From: Thermodesulforhabdus norvegica
GTDB taxonomy: Bacteria > Desulfobacterota > Syntrophobacteria > Syntrophobacterales > Thermodesulforhabdaceae
DNA length: 32,000 nucleotides
NCBI RefSeq assembly: GCF_900114975.1
Contig: NZ_FOUU01000004.1
Location: 60,811-92,810, forward strand
Reading direction: 5' to 3'
The position numbers and the translations under genes are program-made. Under the pieces are notes generated by a model, which worked only from the letters and a program-made list of their open reading frames with translations, made no database searches and had not been told where the DNA came from. Shown in pieces: positions 1 to 8,531 of this stretch (the first letter of the stretch is position 1; each line of letters starts with the position of its first letter).

Positions 1-170
1 TTCTCGCCCGGGCGAGGCTCCGGACCCTTATACATGTGGCCCTGGATCATATAGATATAGTAAACCTCGCCGCAGTCGGCACACTGGACCTTCCCCTCCC
101 AATTCCAGAAACAATAGGGATCCAGATAATTAACCGTGTTGCACTTCTTGCACCAAATGATATCACACAC
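1..170 (-). CDS. small zinc-ribbon protein, N-terminal part (gene runs off the left edge)
   Basis: Not in the ORF track because it is truncated. Minus-strand GTG at 170-168 lies 6 nt after GGAGG (181-177) and 19 nt after the upstream stop. Translation is (M)CDIIWCKKCNTVNYLDPYCFWNWEGKVQCADCGEVYYIYMIQGHMYKGPEPRPGE with two CxxC pairs, and the frame is open to position 1. Confidence 0.5.
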   Translation of the reverse strand, partial: MCDIIWCKKCNTVNYLDPYCFWNWEGKVQCADCGEVYYIYMIQGHMYKGPEPRPGE

Positions 171-189
171 GGTACACCTCCATGACCGT

Positions 190-1602
190 TTAAATTATGG
201 CTTTCTCATACCATTCCTTAATTTTGCTGATGGGGTAACCCAAAAGCTCATGGTAAATTTTCACATTGTCGGCTCCGACAGGACGGAAATCCCAGAATTT
301 GCGACGAGGAGTTTCGGACATGAGACCACAACTGTAAGTGCTCTGAACCACCATATCTCCAAACATGGGGTCGTCGATCCAGCGTATTGTACCCCTCTGG
401 CGGAAATGCTCGGACTCGTAAACTTCCTTGTCATTCATCACGGGCATGGCCAGAAGACCGGCATCTGTGAGAATCTTTACCACTTCGGAACGGGATTTGT
501 CGGCAGCCCACTTTTCAAGTTCGTGATAAATCTCGACCTGAGCTTCAGCACGGACTCGTTCTTTGTGGGTCTTGTATTTTTCGTAAAGATCGTTCCTCTT
601 GATCACCGAGCAGAGCTCTTTGAAGTCGGGATCATTGAAAGCACTGACCATCACATAGCGGGCTTCATTCCTGAGCTGGGGATTCTTTTCGTCGGGGTAG
701 TCGGACTTACCGCAGATTATAATCCCGTGGACACAGAGCTGGGTGTCCCAATTACCCCAGCGCTGGCGGACAACGCCGAAACGCCCGTAGAGAGGAACAC
801 CGTATCCGCAGCACCTGGTGGCCGCCTGTACCTGGGAGAACTCAATCATCGTGCCGAGCCCGGTCTTACGCCTCCAGTAAAGAGCCGCCAGAATTGCTAC
901 GGTAATCTGAGTCCCTGAATACCAGTCAATGCACCAGTTGGTGTGCTTTACCGGGTGCCCGCCGAAGTCTTCGTGGAACCCCGTGATGCTGGCAAGACCC
1001 GCATGAGACTGTCCCAGAATGTCGTAGGATCCTCCGAATGCCTTCGGGCCGTATCCAAAGCCGCCACCCCATACGTAGATAAAACGAGGGTTCAGCTCCT
1101 GCAGAAACCTGTAACTCTGTTTCCAGCGGTCAAAAGTACCGGGGCGGTAGCACTCTGTGAGACCGTCACTCATTTTTACGAGCCTGTAAAAGATTTCTTT
1201 GGCTTCTTCATGGTGGTAGTCAAGGGAGATGTAATATTCATTTACGTTTGCGTTGAGAACACCAATTCCGGTACCGGAATGAGGACGGGTGTCGTGTAAC
1301 GGGTAAAAGTAGCACTCGTTGAAAGGTGATGTGTGCCTCATGGGGTCGGCAATTCGAGGGAATTCTATCTTTATAATCTCAGCCCCCAATTCCCCGAGGT
1401 TCGCCACCGCATGGGGCGTAAAGATGTACATGGTACAACTCATCCAGCGGATGCCCTCAAGGGCTCCCGGTTTTACGAACTCGTTACCTACATCGAAGAT
1501 TTTTCTGCAGTACTCCTCAAAAGGAGCCTTCATATCCTCAAGTTCTTCCCGACTCTTGGGACCGGGAAGATCTTCAAGCCGGACTTCTCTTGGATCAGCC
1601 AT
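190..1602 (-). CDS. family III (CaiB/BaiF/Frc-type) CoA-transferase, subunit with Asp at the catalytic position
   Basis: 470-aa ORF. N-terminal motif [10 protein letters not shown]...[19 protein letters not shown] is typical of family III CoA-transferases. [19 protein letters not shown] carries the catalytic-type Asp (D194). The start shares 1 nt with the upstream stop (TGATG). Confidence 0.85.
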   Translation of the reverse strand: MADPREVRLEDLPGPKSREELEDMKAPFEEYCRKIFDVGNEFVKPGALEGIRWMSCTMYIFTPHAVANLGELGAEIIKIEFPRIADPMRHTSPFNECYFYPLHDTRPHSGTGIGVLNANVNEYYISLDYHHEEAKEIFYRLVKMSDGLTECYRPGTFDRWKQSYRFLQELNPRFIYVWGGGFGYGPKAFGGSYDILGQSHAGLASITGFHEDFGGHPVKHTNWCIDWYSGTQITVAILAALYWRRKTGLGTMIEFSQVQAATRCCGYGVPLYGRFGVVRQRWGNWDTQLCVHGIIICGKSDYPDEKNPQLRNEARYVMVSAFNDPDFKELCSVIKRNDLYEKYKTHKERVRAEAQVEIYHELEKWAADKSRSEVVKILTDAGLLAMPVMNDKEVYESEHFRQRGTIRWIDDPMFGDMVVQSTYSCGLMSETPRRKFWDFRPVGADNVKIYHELLGYPISKIKEWYEKAII

Positions 1603-3077
1603 CAGATCACCCCCTTTTCTTTCAATACTTCCTGCATACGAGGACCAATGCCAAAGTACTTCTGGTAAATCTCAGGGTTGTCTTTTCCTAACGGCCTTCC
1701 CAGCCACTTTACCCTTGCAGGAGTTCTCATCTGGAAGGCCTGTGGTGGAACTGCATAAAGCAGGGTACCGTAGTGTTCATCCTCAATGGTGTACACCCAG
1801 GGTCTGTATTTGAAGTGAGGAAATTCGCATACTTCGTCGATGTAGAGCAGTGGTCCTGCGGCGATATCGTATTCCAGAAGTTTCTCTTCGGCTTCAACAC
1901 GGTTAGTATCACGGAGCCACATGGCCGTGAGGGTATATGTCTTTATGAGGGCCTGCAGAGCATTCCGTGCGGCCACTTCCTTCAGGAAGGGATCCTCGTG
2001 GATCAGACGACCGAACTGAGGCAGGTCTCTTTCGATGCACATCCCGATTCGGTACCACAGACGGTCGGTCTGTCCACCGATCATCATGTAACCGTCTTTA
2101 CAGGGGTTCCAGGCATACTGGTTCAGGTTGGGATCCCAGGAACCGGTACGGGCTTTAATGCTCTCGTTGAAACCGTACCAGGCAATGTCAAAGTCGAGAA
2201 TGTCCATCATTGCCTCGGCACCGGTCACCTCAATAAACTGACCTCTGCCGCTCTTTTCTTCACGATAATACAACGCCGCCAGGATGTTCACGGCCGCCTG
2301 TTCACCTGCGACATAGTCACAGAGCCACACTCCCGACCTCGTCGGGTCGCCACCAGAACCTCTGGGCATGAAGTCCTCAGGATAACCCGTGTTATGAATG
2401 TAAGAACAGGCTGCCTGAGCAAAAGGCTCAAGCATCCACTGACCGAACTTGGAGACCCGGTCTTTCATGGGGCCCCATTGACCGAGAATACCTATCCAGC
2501 AGTATATCAGCCTGGGATTGATTTTTGATAGTTGCCTGTAACCTATCCCTCTTTCATCCATGTAGCCCGGCGGATACTCTTCGATGATAATATCCGCCCT
2601 GGCCGCAAGACCTTTATAAAGCTTCTGACCTTCAGGGGTTTCCAGGTTCAACGTAATGGAGTACTTGTTCCGCATCTCATGGATGAACTCCAGACCGCAA
2701 AGCTCCCCCGTCTCGCTGTCGGCCAGCATGTACTCTTCACGCCCAAAGGGTGTGAGTTTCCTCATAGGATCGCCTTCGGGCGGCTCCACTTTAATCACCT
2801 CAGCTCCCAGCTCTGCCAGAAGAGAAGCCGCAAACTTATGGCCCAATCGCCACAGCCCCACCTCAAGGATCCTTACGCCCTGAAGAGCCTCGGGTTTAGA
2901 CCAGGAATCCTGAAACCAGAGGTTGTCCTCACACCACTTTCCAAACTCCTCTGCCTTCCGTTTTGCGTAAACCTTCGCCACCTCTTCCCTCGACGGGGGA
3001 GGCGTCACAGGCCACGGACGCGGTTTTAACGTGTCCGCCCTGCTCTTGATTTCAATTTCTCGTGGTTCCCTCGTCAT
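1602..3077 (-). CDS. family III CoA-transferase paralog (Glu at the position aligned with the catalytic Asp)
   Basis: 491-aa ORF with [10 protein letters not shown]...[21 protein letters not shown]. It is paralogous to the downstream gene. RBS AAGGAGGG lies upstream of the ATG at 3077. Confidence 0.85.
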   Translation of the reverse strand: MTREPREIEIKSRADTLKPRPWPVTPPPSREEVAKVYAKRKAEEFGKWCEDNLWFQDSWSKPEALQGVRILEVGLWRLGHKFAASLLAELGAEVIKVEPPEGDPMRKLTPFGREEYMLADSETGELCGLEFIHEMRNKYSITLNLETPEGQKLYKGLAARADIIIEEYPPGYMDERGIGYRQLSKINPRLIYCWIGILGQWGPMKDRVSKFGQWMLEPFAQAACSYIHNTGYPEDFMPRGSGGDPTRSGVWLCDYVAGEQAAVNILAALYYREEKSGRGQFIEVTGAEAMMDILDFDIAWYGFNESIKARTGSWDPNLNQYAWNPCKDGYMMIGGQTDRLWYRIGMCIERDLPQFGRLIHEDPFLKEVAARNALQALIKTYTLTAMWLRDTNRVEAEEKLLEYDIAAGPLLYIDEVCEFPHFKYRPWVYTIEDEHYGTLLYAVPPQAFQMRTPARVKWLGRPLGKDNPEIYQKYFGIGPRMQEVLKEKGVI

Positions 3078-3340
3078 TCTTGCTTCCCTCCTTTACACGG
3101 TTCGGTTTGATACAATCAGGGCATTACCCCGGGAAGTTAGAAACCTGTTAACCTGCCCGAAATTCCATCGAGCCTTACAGAAGCCTGAGAACGGGAAGAT
3201 TGGATTAGCCGAAGCCAACGGAGAAGGCTTAAAAGGGCGAAAGCCAGGAAGTAGATACGCTATTCCATCAGAGAAACTGGCGAGTATTCAGCGGAAAAAC
3301 CCTAACGAAACCCATTCCGGAACAGACACCATCTTTAGTA

Positions 3341-3356
3341 TGCAAAGTCGGTGCCA
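3341..3356 (-). promoter_or_regulatory. sigma-54 (RpoN) -24/-12 promoter driving the CoA-transferase operon
   Basis: The minus strand reads TGGCAC-CGACT-TTGCA, an exact match to the TGGCAC-N5-TTGCW consensus. It lies about 265 nt upstream of the ATG at 3077 and next to a sigma-54 activator gene. Confidence 0.75.
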
Positions 3357-3432
3357 CCAGCCCGAATTCTTTCCGTTCCCCTAAAAGACCCGTTTCCTGA
3401 TGTCTTTGGTATTTGTGATGTTCCCGACACTC

Positions 3433-3540
3433 TGTACAAAATACGACCCAGAGGAGAGGCCTTAATCTGCCCGTAAGCTCATAAACAAGGTACTTAACGG
3501 CATCTGTATAAAATACGACCCTATGTATCTTATACGACCC
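3433..3540 (-). promoter_or_regulatory. candidate upstream activator sites: three 17-nt direct repeats TGTAYNNNATACGACCC
   Basis: Copies at 3433-3449 (TGTACAAAATACGACCC), 3505-3521 (TGTATAAAATACGACCC) and 3524-3540 (TGTATCTTATACGACCC). They lie about 80-185 bp upstream of the sigma-54 promoter, between it and the regulator gene stop (3549). Confidence 0.5.
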
Positions 3541-3548
3541 ATAAGGCC

Positions 3549-5753
3549 TCAGGGATGGAGATTGTACCTCTTTATCTTGCTGTAAAGAGTGCTCCGGGTA
3601 ATCTTCAACCTTCTTGCAGCCTCATGCTTGTTCCAGTTGCACTCCTTGAGAACTTTAGAGATCAGATTTTTCTCATAATCTGCAAGAGACATGGATTGCC
3701 CGTCATCGTATCCGCGGCGGAGAAATCGAGGGAGGTGAACCGGTTTGATTTCATCACCCGTCGCAAGAATTACCGCATGGCTTATCGCATTTTCCAGTTG
3801 TCTTACATTACCGGGCCAGTCGTATTCCATGAGAATCTGGAGCGCTTCCGGCGATAGGGAGGAAATCTCCTTTTTCTCCCGAAGGCTGTACTTTTTGACA
3901 AAGTGTTCACAGAGTAACGGGATATCCTCCTTCCGCTCCCTGAGGGGTGGAAGGTGTATGCTGATGACGTTTAGCCGATAATAGAGATCGTCTCTGAACC
4001 TTCCGGCCCTCACCTCTTCGTAAAGATTTTTATTCGTTGCCGCAAGAATTCGAACATCGGCTTCAAGAGTTTGTTCGCCTCCTACGCGTTCGAATTTTCT
4101 ATCCTGAAGGAATCTCAGAAGAAGCACCTGTGTGGCCGGTGATATGTCACCAATCTCATCTAAAAAAAGGGTTCCCTTCTGAGCCCTTTCGATTCTTCCC
4201 TTTTTCTGCTTTATGGCTCCCGTAAAGGCTCCTTTCTCATGACCGAATAGTTCGGTTTCAAGAAGAGTTGGAGAGTAGGCCGAACAGTGAGCCACAACAA
4301 AGGGACCGTTGGACCTGTTACTTCGGCTGTGGATTTCCAGAGCTACAAGCTCTTTTCCTGTTCCGTTTTCGCCCGTGATCAGCACCGTGGCCTCCGACGG
4401 CGCCACCATTTCGATGAGTTCGTAAACCTCCAGCATCTTTTCGCTTTGTCCTATGATCCGTCCAAAGCGGGTGGGTTTTGTTCCTTCCCACAGAGACGCC
4501 GTTTCAGCTTCCCTCAGCATCAACTGCCTGATGTGGCCGGCCATCTGGGTCAAAAAGGCATGTATCAGGTACATTGCCTCCTTAACCTGAGGAAAGACCT
4601 CAGAAAGGCCCACAAAGACGTAGCCCAGAAGGCGTCTGTGAGTTGCGATGGGGAAGCCGAACCATTCGGGATAATTTGCGGAAAAAGGCAATAGGGGTTT
4701 GGGAAGCAAGCGTGGCTTGCCCGGTGTAGCTATGGCATCGGCCGGAGAAGTTGGCATGGACGCAACGGAATAGAAGTGCTGAAATGCTTCGTCTCTGAAG
4801 GCGGATTCACGAAAGCTTTTTTGAAGAGGCCACTCCTTTTCTTTCTCCTTAAGCCAGAAGAAGGATTTCCGATCTTCGTCAATCAATACAACCAGAGGGT
4901 CCGCATGACCGAGAAAGTGCTTTTTGAGAAGGACGTCTAAATAGTCGAAAAACTCCTTCAAACTTTCCTTGTGGGAGGCCTCTCGGGTCAGTTCAAAGAG
5001 ATATTCCATCTGATAGTGGGGAAAAGACGACGAAAGACTTCTTCCTGCATGAGCAACGGCAAAGCCCACGCAACCGAGGTAGTTTCCGTTGTGAGATACG
5101 GCGTAGAGCTTAAGGTCGCAGAATAAGTCTGGGTGCCGCTTCAGGGTTGTTCTGGAAAAAACGTAAGGTTGAAGGTTCAGCGAGCTTTTTATCGAGGCCA
5201 GATCCAGGTTGATAATGTCGTCTATAGGTCTTCCGAGAAGATGTGAAAAGGGAAGCCTGGCGAACTTTTCAAAGGCTCTGTTCATCTCGGTGATTCTGAA
5301 GTGGTGATCGGTGATAAACATGGGAAGGTTAAAGAGCTCAAAAAACCCCTGTATATAAAGATCTTTTTTTTCGTGCTCTCTCAGCAGGGTAACCTCCTGA
5401 GATATGTCCTTCCACATGTCCACTATGACCGGTCCGCCGGGTATTTCCCACAGGGCAGCATACCTTTCGAAGATACTGGAATGACCGTCGGGTAACATAA
5501 ACTCACCGGTTTGTTTCTGAGGTTTCCTTTCCTGCAGAACTCTGGCAAGCAAACAGTTTTCACAGCCGTTGGTTTTATTTTTTGACTGAGCCAGTATTTC
5601 ACAGGCCTTGAATCTGGTGAGGTCATTGTAGGTTTTAAGGATGTACTTTTTTCCTTTTTCGTTACTACCGGCTATGTGGCAACCAAGATCGTAAAAGATT
5701 GCCGGGACCGGAAGTGATTCCATGAGCGTCCGGAACCATGCCGGAAGGCTCAT
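3549..5753 (-). CDS. sigma-54-dependent transcriptional activator (PAS/GAF-like sensor region, AAA+ domain, Fis-type HTH)
   Basis: 734-aa ORF. Walker A GENGTGKE, the GAFTGA loop (EKGAFTGA), an ESELFGHEKGAFTGA-type core and a C-terminal HTH (AARRLKITRSTLYSKIKRY). Confidence 0.9.
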   Translation of the reverse strand: MSLPAWFRTLMESLPVPAIFYDLGCHIAGSNEKGKKYILKTYNDLTRFKACEILAQSKNKTNGCENCLLARVLQERKPQKQTGEFMLPDGHSSIFERYAALWEIPGGPVIVDMWKDISQEVTLLREHEKKDLYIQGFFELFNLPMFITDHHFRITEMNRAFEKFARLPFSHLLGRPIDDIINLDLASIKSSLNLQPYVFSRTTLKRHPDLFCDLKLYAVSHNGNYLGCVGFAVAHAGRSLSSSFPHYQMEYLFELTREASHKESLKEFFDYLDVLLKKHFLGHADPLVVLIDEDRKSFFWLKEKEKEWPLQKSFRESAFRDEAFQHFYSVASMPTSPADAIATPGKPRLLPKPLLPFSANYPEWFGFPIATHRRLLGYVFVGLSEVFPQVKEAMYLIHAFLTQMAGHIRQLMLREAETASLWEGTKPTRFGRIIGQSEKMLEVYELIEMVAPSEATVLITGENGTGKELVALEIHSRSNRSNGPFVVAHCSAYSPTLLETELFGHEKGAFTGAIKQKKGRIERAQKGTLFLDEIGDISPATQVLLLRFLQDRKFERVGGEQTLEADVRILAATNKNLYEEVRAGRFRDDLYYRLNVISIHLPPLRERKEDIPLLCEHFVKKYSLREKKEISSLSPEALQILMEYDWPGNVRQLENAISHAVILATGDEIKPVHLPRFLRRGYDDGQSMSLADYEKNLISKVLKECNWNKHEAARRLKITRSTLYSKIKRYNLHP

Positions 5754-5975
5754 AGTCGTCTCCTTCCTTCATGTGCTTTGTGTGTTATTGGACACTACCC
5801 TATAAATGATACAGGTTCTTGAGGGTTTTCAGCGGGATCAGCATCTTTTGTGACACACAGAACGATAACAACATCCGGAGCACGCGCCGGGTTCGGACCT
5901 GATACCTCAACATTTACATTGCCTTAATGGCTCAGGGCTTGTCAAGGAGGCATGCGGGAAGGACGGTTTATTGAG

Positions 5976-6515
5976 TTAAAATTTTATAACGGCTATTAGC
6001 ACTGCAAGGAAAGAAAAACCAATGCCCATTGTCCACTGAAGCATCGTGAAGCGCCTTTCCATAGCCTCAAATCGGGTATTCATCTCACGCTGAAGAACTT
6101 CAAAACGCCTTTCCGTAGCCTCAAAGCGGGCGTTCATCTCACGATGCAGCGCTTCAAAGCGGGTATTCATCTCACGATGCAGGGCTTCAAGTCGCTTATC
6201 TACGGCTTCAAAGCGGGCGTTCACTTCATTGTGAAGAGCACTGAGGCGAGCATCTAACTCCCGCTGAAGAGCTTCAAAACGCTTTTCCGTAACCTCAAAC
6301 CGCTCCGTCTCTATAACCCGAAGAGACTTCAGCTCCTCTTCGACGCGAATTACCCGCTCAATCAGCGAAAGCTCCTTTGCTTTAAGCTCGTTATTCCTCA
6401 CGAAATCGGCGATTTTTTCGGCAAAAAGATTCTCCGCCTCCTCGTGCAATATCTTCCTGACAAGCTCGGCAACCTTCTGATAGAATTGCTCATTGTTGGA
6501 AATCTGGGACGGCAC
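5976..6515 (-). CDS. tail-anchored coiled-coil repeat protein (RFE-type 7/11-residue repeats)
   Basis: 179-aa ORF. Residues 72-157 repeat [RK]RFE[AV][LT] at spacings of 7 and 11 residues. A C-terminal hydrophobic helix WTMGIGFSFLAVLIAVIKF follows. No family assigned. Confidence 0.7.
   Translation of the reverse strand: MPSQISNNEQFYQKVAELVRKILHEEAENLFAEKIADFVRNNELKAKELSLIERVIRVEEELKSLRVIETERFEVTEKRFEALQRELDARLSALHNEVNARFEAVDKRLEALHREMNTRFEALHREMNARFEATERRFEVLQREMNTRFEAMERRFTMLQWTMGIGFSFLAVLIAVIKF
6045..6302 (-). repeat. in-frame tandem repeat (21/33-nt periodicity) inside the coiled-coil gene
   Basis: Near-identical DNA units such as cttcaaagcgggtattcatctcacgatgcag recur. They encode RFEALHREMNT/RFEALHREMNA/RFEVLQREMNT. 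Confidence 0.8.
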
Positions 6516-6807
6516 GCGGAAAACCTCCGTTGTTACAGGTGCAATTACCAGCTATTAGATCTAAATTGCTGTTAACATCTTGGATCGGGGAAGTCAATCG
6601 GCGCAACACCGTACCTGACAAACTTCCCTGCATCGACAAGATCGCCGAACAGTTTGATGTAATCTCAAGATCTTGAGAAAAACAGAGCTTTGCAATAAGA
6701 ATCCCTGCCGTCCAAGATTTTCCTTTGTGTTGAAGACCGGCCGCAGCATCACAGTGGTATTCTGATGTGGTGTTCTTGGGCATTAAAAAGCCGCTTTCAC
6801 CGTCCTG

Positions 6808-8076
6808 TTATTCTTCGGTCTCCCCGTTGAGCAATTCTTTCCATTTTTTGTATCTTTCCATGGTCTCTTTGATTGCTTCCGCTCTGGCATCTTCAACGGT
6901 TTTCAGGTTCCGGAGCAGTTTGTCCGAGACTTCACGGCACAGCTTACCTTCTGCTGCCATGTCTCTTACAATCGAAGCGGCATCGGCGGCTCCCACGGCA
7001 GGTCTGTAGGGCCTGACTTCGGTCAGGGCCGTATAGACATCGGATACTGCAATTATGCGAGCTTCCGTTGATATCTCCGAGCCCTGCAGTCTGAAGGGAT
7101 AACCGTCTCCTGAAAGCCTTTCATGATGCTGAGATGCCCAGAGATGTGCGGGGGATATTTCTCCCAGTTCCTTAAGGGCCATGTACGTGAGATAGGCGTG
7201 TTTTCTCATAACGTGGACTTCCTGCGGGGTGAGGGTATCCGGCTTCATAAGAATTTCCAGTGGAATACCCAATTTTCCAAGATCGTGCAGATCGGCTGCC
7301 ACGGAAATCAACGATATTTCGTCATCGGTAAAACCGAACTCCTTTGCGAGCGCTAGTGCAGTGGCCCTTACACTTGCACAGTGAGAAACGGTGAATTTGC
7401 TTCTCCAGTCGATAACTTCACTCAAAATTCGTGCAAACTCCTGGAAATCTTTCCACGTTATAATCCATGTAATGGGATGGGTTCCGTTGAGCCTGGGGGA
7501 TTCGTATTCAAGCCCGAACCAGAAGGCTTCGGGTTCCGTTGCTTCCTTAGCTGCCGAAAGGGTCTCCGGTGGGAAGTCTTTTGAAGCTTTACTTCTCAGA
7601 AAATAGTCCAGGGCTTCTCCGGGTTTTTGAAGGCTTTCATTGGCTTCCGCATTTCCGGGATAAGAGTGCGATAAAAGGTCTATCCGTTCGGCAAGTTCCA
7701 CAATGTCGGACAGGTAGGCTGTGTCACATGATTTGCCGTTCTGTCTTCGACCTATAACTTCTGCGCAGGGGGTCAAAAACCCTGATTGAGCCAGAAAGGC
7801 ATAAGCCCTCTCTCTGTAAAGGGTTGTCTTGATTTCGGGATTTAGGGCCTGCAATCGTTCCTGAAAGGTGAAACAGCCTATGCCGTGCAGGCAGGAAGCC
7901 GCAACAATCTGCCTTATCCGGTCTTCCTCTATCCCGAGAACAGTTCCTATCTTCAGGGCAGTGTACGCAACCCTGAGGTGATGACCCTTAAATTCAGGGC
8001 TAACGTCGTCGATGATTCTGGCGATTTCTATGATGAAATTCATAACGTCCAGGGTCTTATCCGTTCCGGTTTTCAT
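6808..8076 (-). CDS. HD-GYP domain protein (probable c-di-GMP phosphodiesterase) with a degenerate N-terminal HD-like domain
   Basis: 422-aa ORF. The C-terminal domain has HDLGKLGIP and HHERLSGDGYP. The N-terminal domain has HH...LHGIGC, where HD is replaced by HG. GAGGA RBS lies before the ATG at 8076. Confidence 0.85.
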   Translation of the reverse strand: MKTGTDKTLDVMNFIIEIARIIDDVSPEFKGHHLRVAYTALKIGTVLGIEEDRIRQIVAASCLHGIGCFTFQERLQALNPEIKTTLYRERAYAFLAQSGFLTPCAEVIGRRQNGKSCDTAYLSDIVELAERIDLLSHSYPGNAEANESLQKPGEALDYFLRSKASKDFPPETLSAAKEATEPEAFWFGLEYESPRLNGTHPITWIITWKDFQEFARILSEVIDWRSKFTVSHCASVRATALALAKEFGFTDDEISLISVAADLHDLGKLGIPLEILMKPDTLTPQEVHVMRKHAYLTYMALKELGEISPAHLWASQHHERLSGDGYPFRLQGSEISTEARIIAVSDVYTALTEVRPYRPAVGAADAASIVRDMAAEGKLCREVSDKLLRNLKTVEDARAEAIKETMERYKKWKELLNGETEE

Positions 8077-8515
8077 GATTATCGTCCTCGAAATTTTCTT
8101 CTAAAAGGGTTAAGATGCGGTCTGCTATGGGAATGTCGGCAGGGGAAAGTCGAAAGCGTGCAATTTTTTTCGGGTTGACCCATTTGATCGAATCATGATC
8201 TCGAAAGGTTATTTCGCCATCCGTCCATGTGCAGAGGTAGGCTTTGAGCTCAACGGTAATGTCCGGGTAGGAATGTACAAAGGATCCCAGAAAGGTCTTC
8301 ACGGCAACCTGAATGTTGAGTTCCTCAAGGAGTTCCCTTCTCAGGCATTCTTCAGGACTTTCACCGTCTCTGATCTTTCCACCGGGAAATTCCCAGAAAC
8401 CTGCCCGTTTTTTGCCGGGTTTCCTGCGGGCGATGAGAATTTTGCCGTCCCGCACGATTACGGCTGCGGTTACCCCTACTATCCGATTATCCCTGTCCGT
8501 CCTTTGCTTTACCAT
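8057..8515 (-). CDS. Nudix hydrolase, MutT-like (8-oxo-dGTP/CTP pyrophosphohydrolase family)
   Basis: 152-aa ORF with Nudix box GFWEFPGGKIRDGESPEECLRRELLEELNI. Its 3' end overlaps the HD-GYP start by 20 nt. Confidence 0.85.
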   Translation of the reverse strand: MVKQRTDRDNRIVGVTAAVIVRDGKILIARRKPGKKRAGFWEFPGGKIRDGESPEECLRRELLEELNIQVAVKTFLGSFVHSYPDITVELKAYLCTWTDGEITFRDHDSIKWVNPKKIARFRLSPADIPIADRILTLLEENFEDDNHENRNG

Positions 8516-8531
8516 GGCGGAGTTTAGCTTT

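Noticed and set aside
136-3029. Plus-strand ORFs of 110-260 aa (136-918, 943-1299, 1319-1813, 1773-2528, 2532-3029).
   Set aside because: They are shadow ORFs antisense to the two well-supported CoA-transferase genes. They have low-complexity, motif-free translations.
3031-3384. 117-aa plus-strand ORF in the leader/promoter region.
   Set aside because: It has no RBS or motif and spans the opposite-strand sigma-54 promoter and leader. It is more parsimonious as non-coding.
6045-6302. Regular ~33-bp periodic repeats, considered as a CRISPR array or non-coding tandem repeat.
   Set aside because: There are no unique spacers. The units are contiguous, in frame and encode an amphipathic repeat within a 179-aa ORF.
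6490-6783. 97-aa minus-strand ORF upstream of the coiled-coil gene.
   Set aside because: It has no RBS or recognisable motif and overlaps the downstream start. The region is more likely a promoter/operator region.
8313-8531. Long N-terminal extension of the nfo ORF.
   Set aside because: It lies antisense to the Nudix gene, has no Nfo similarity, and Nfo homology begins at MALIGAH.
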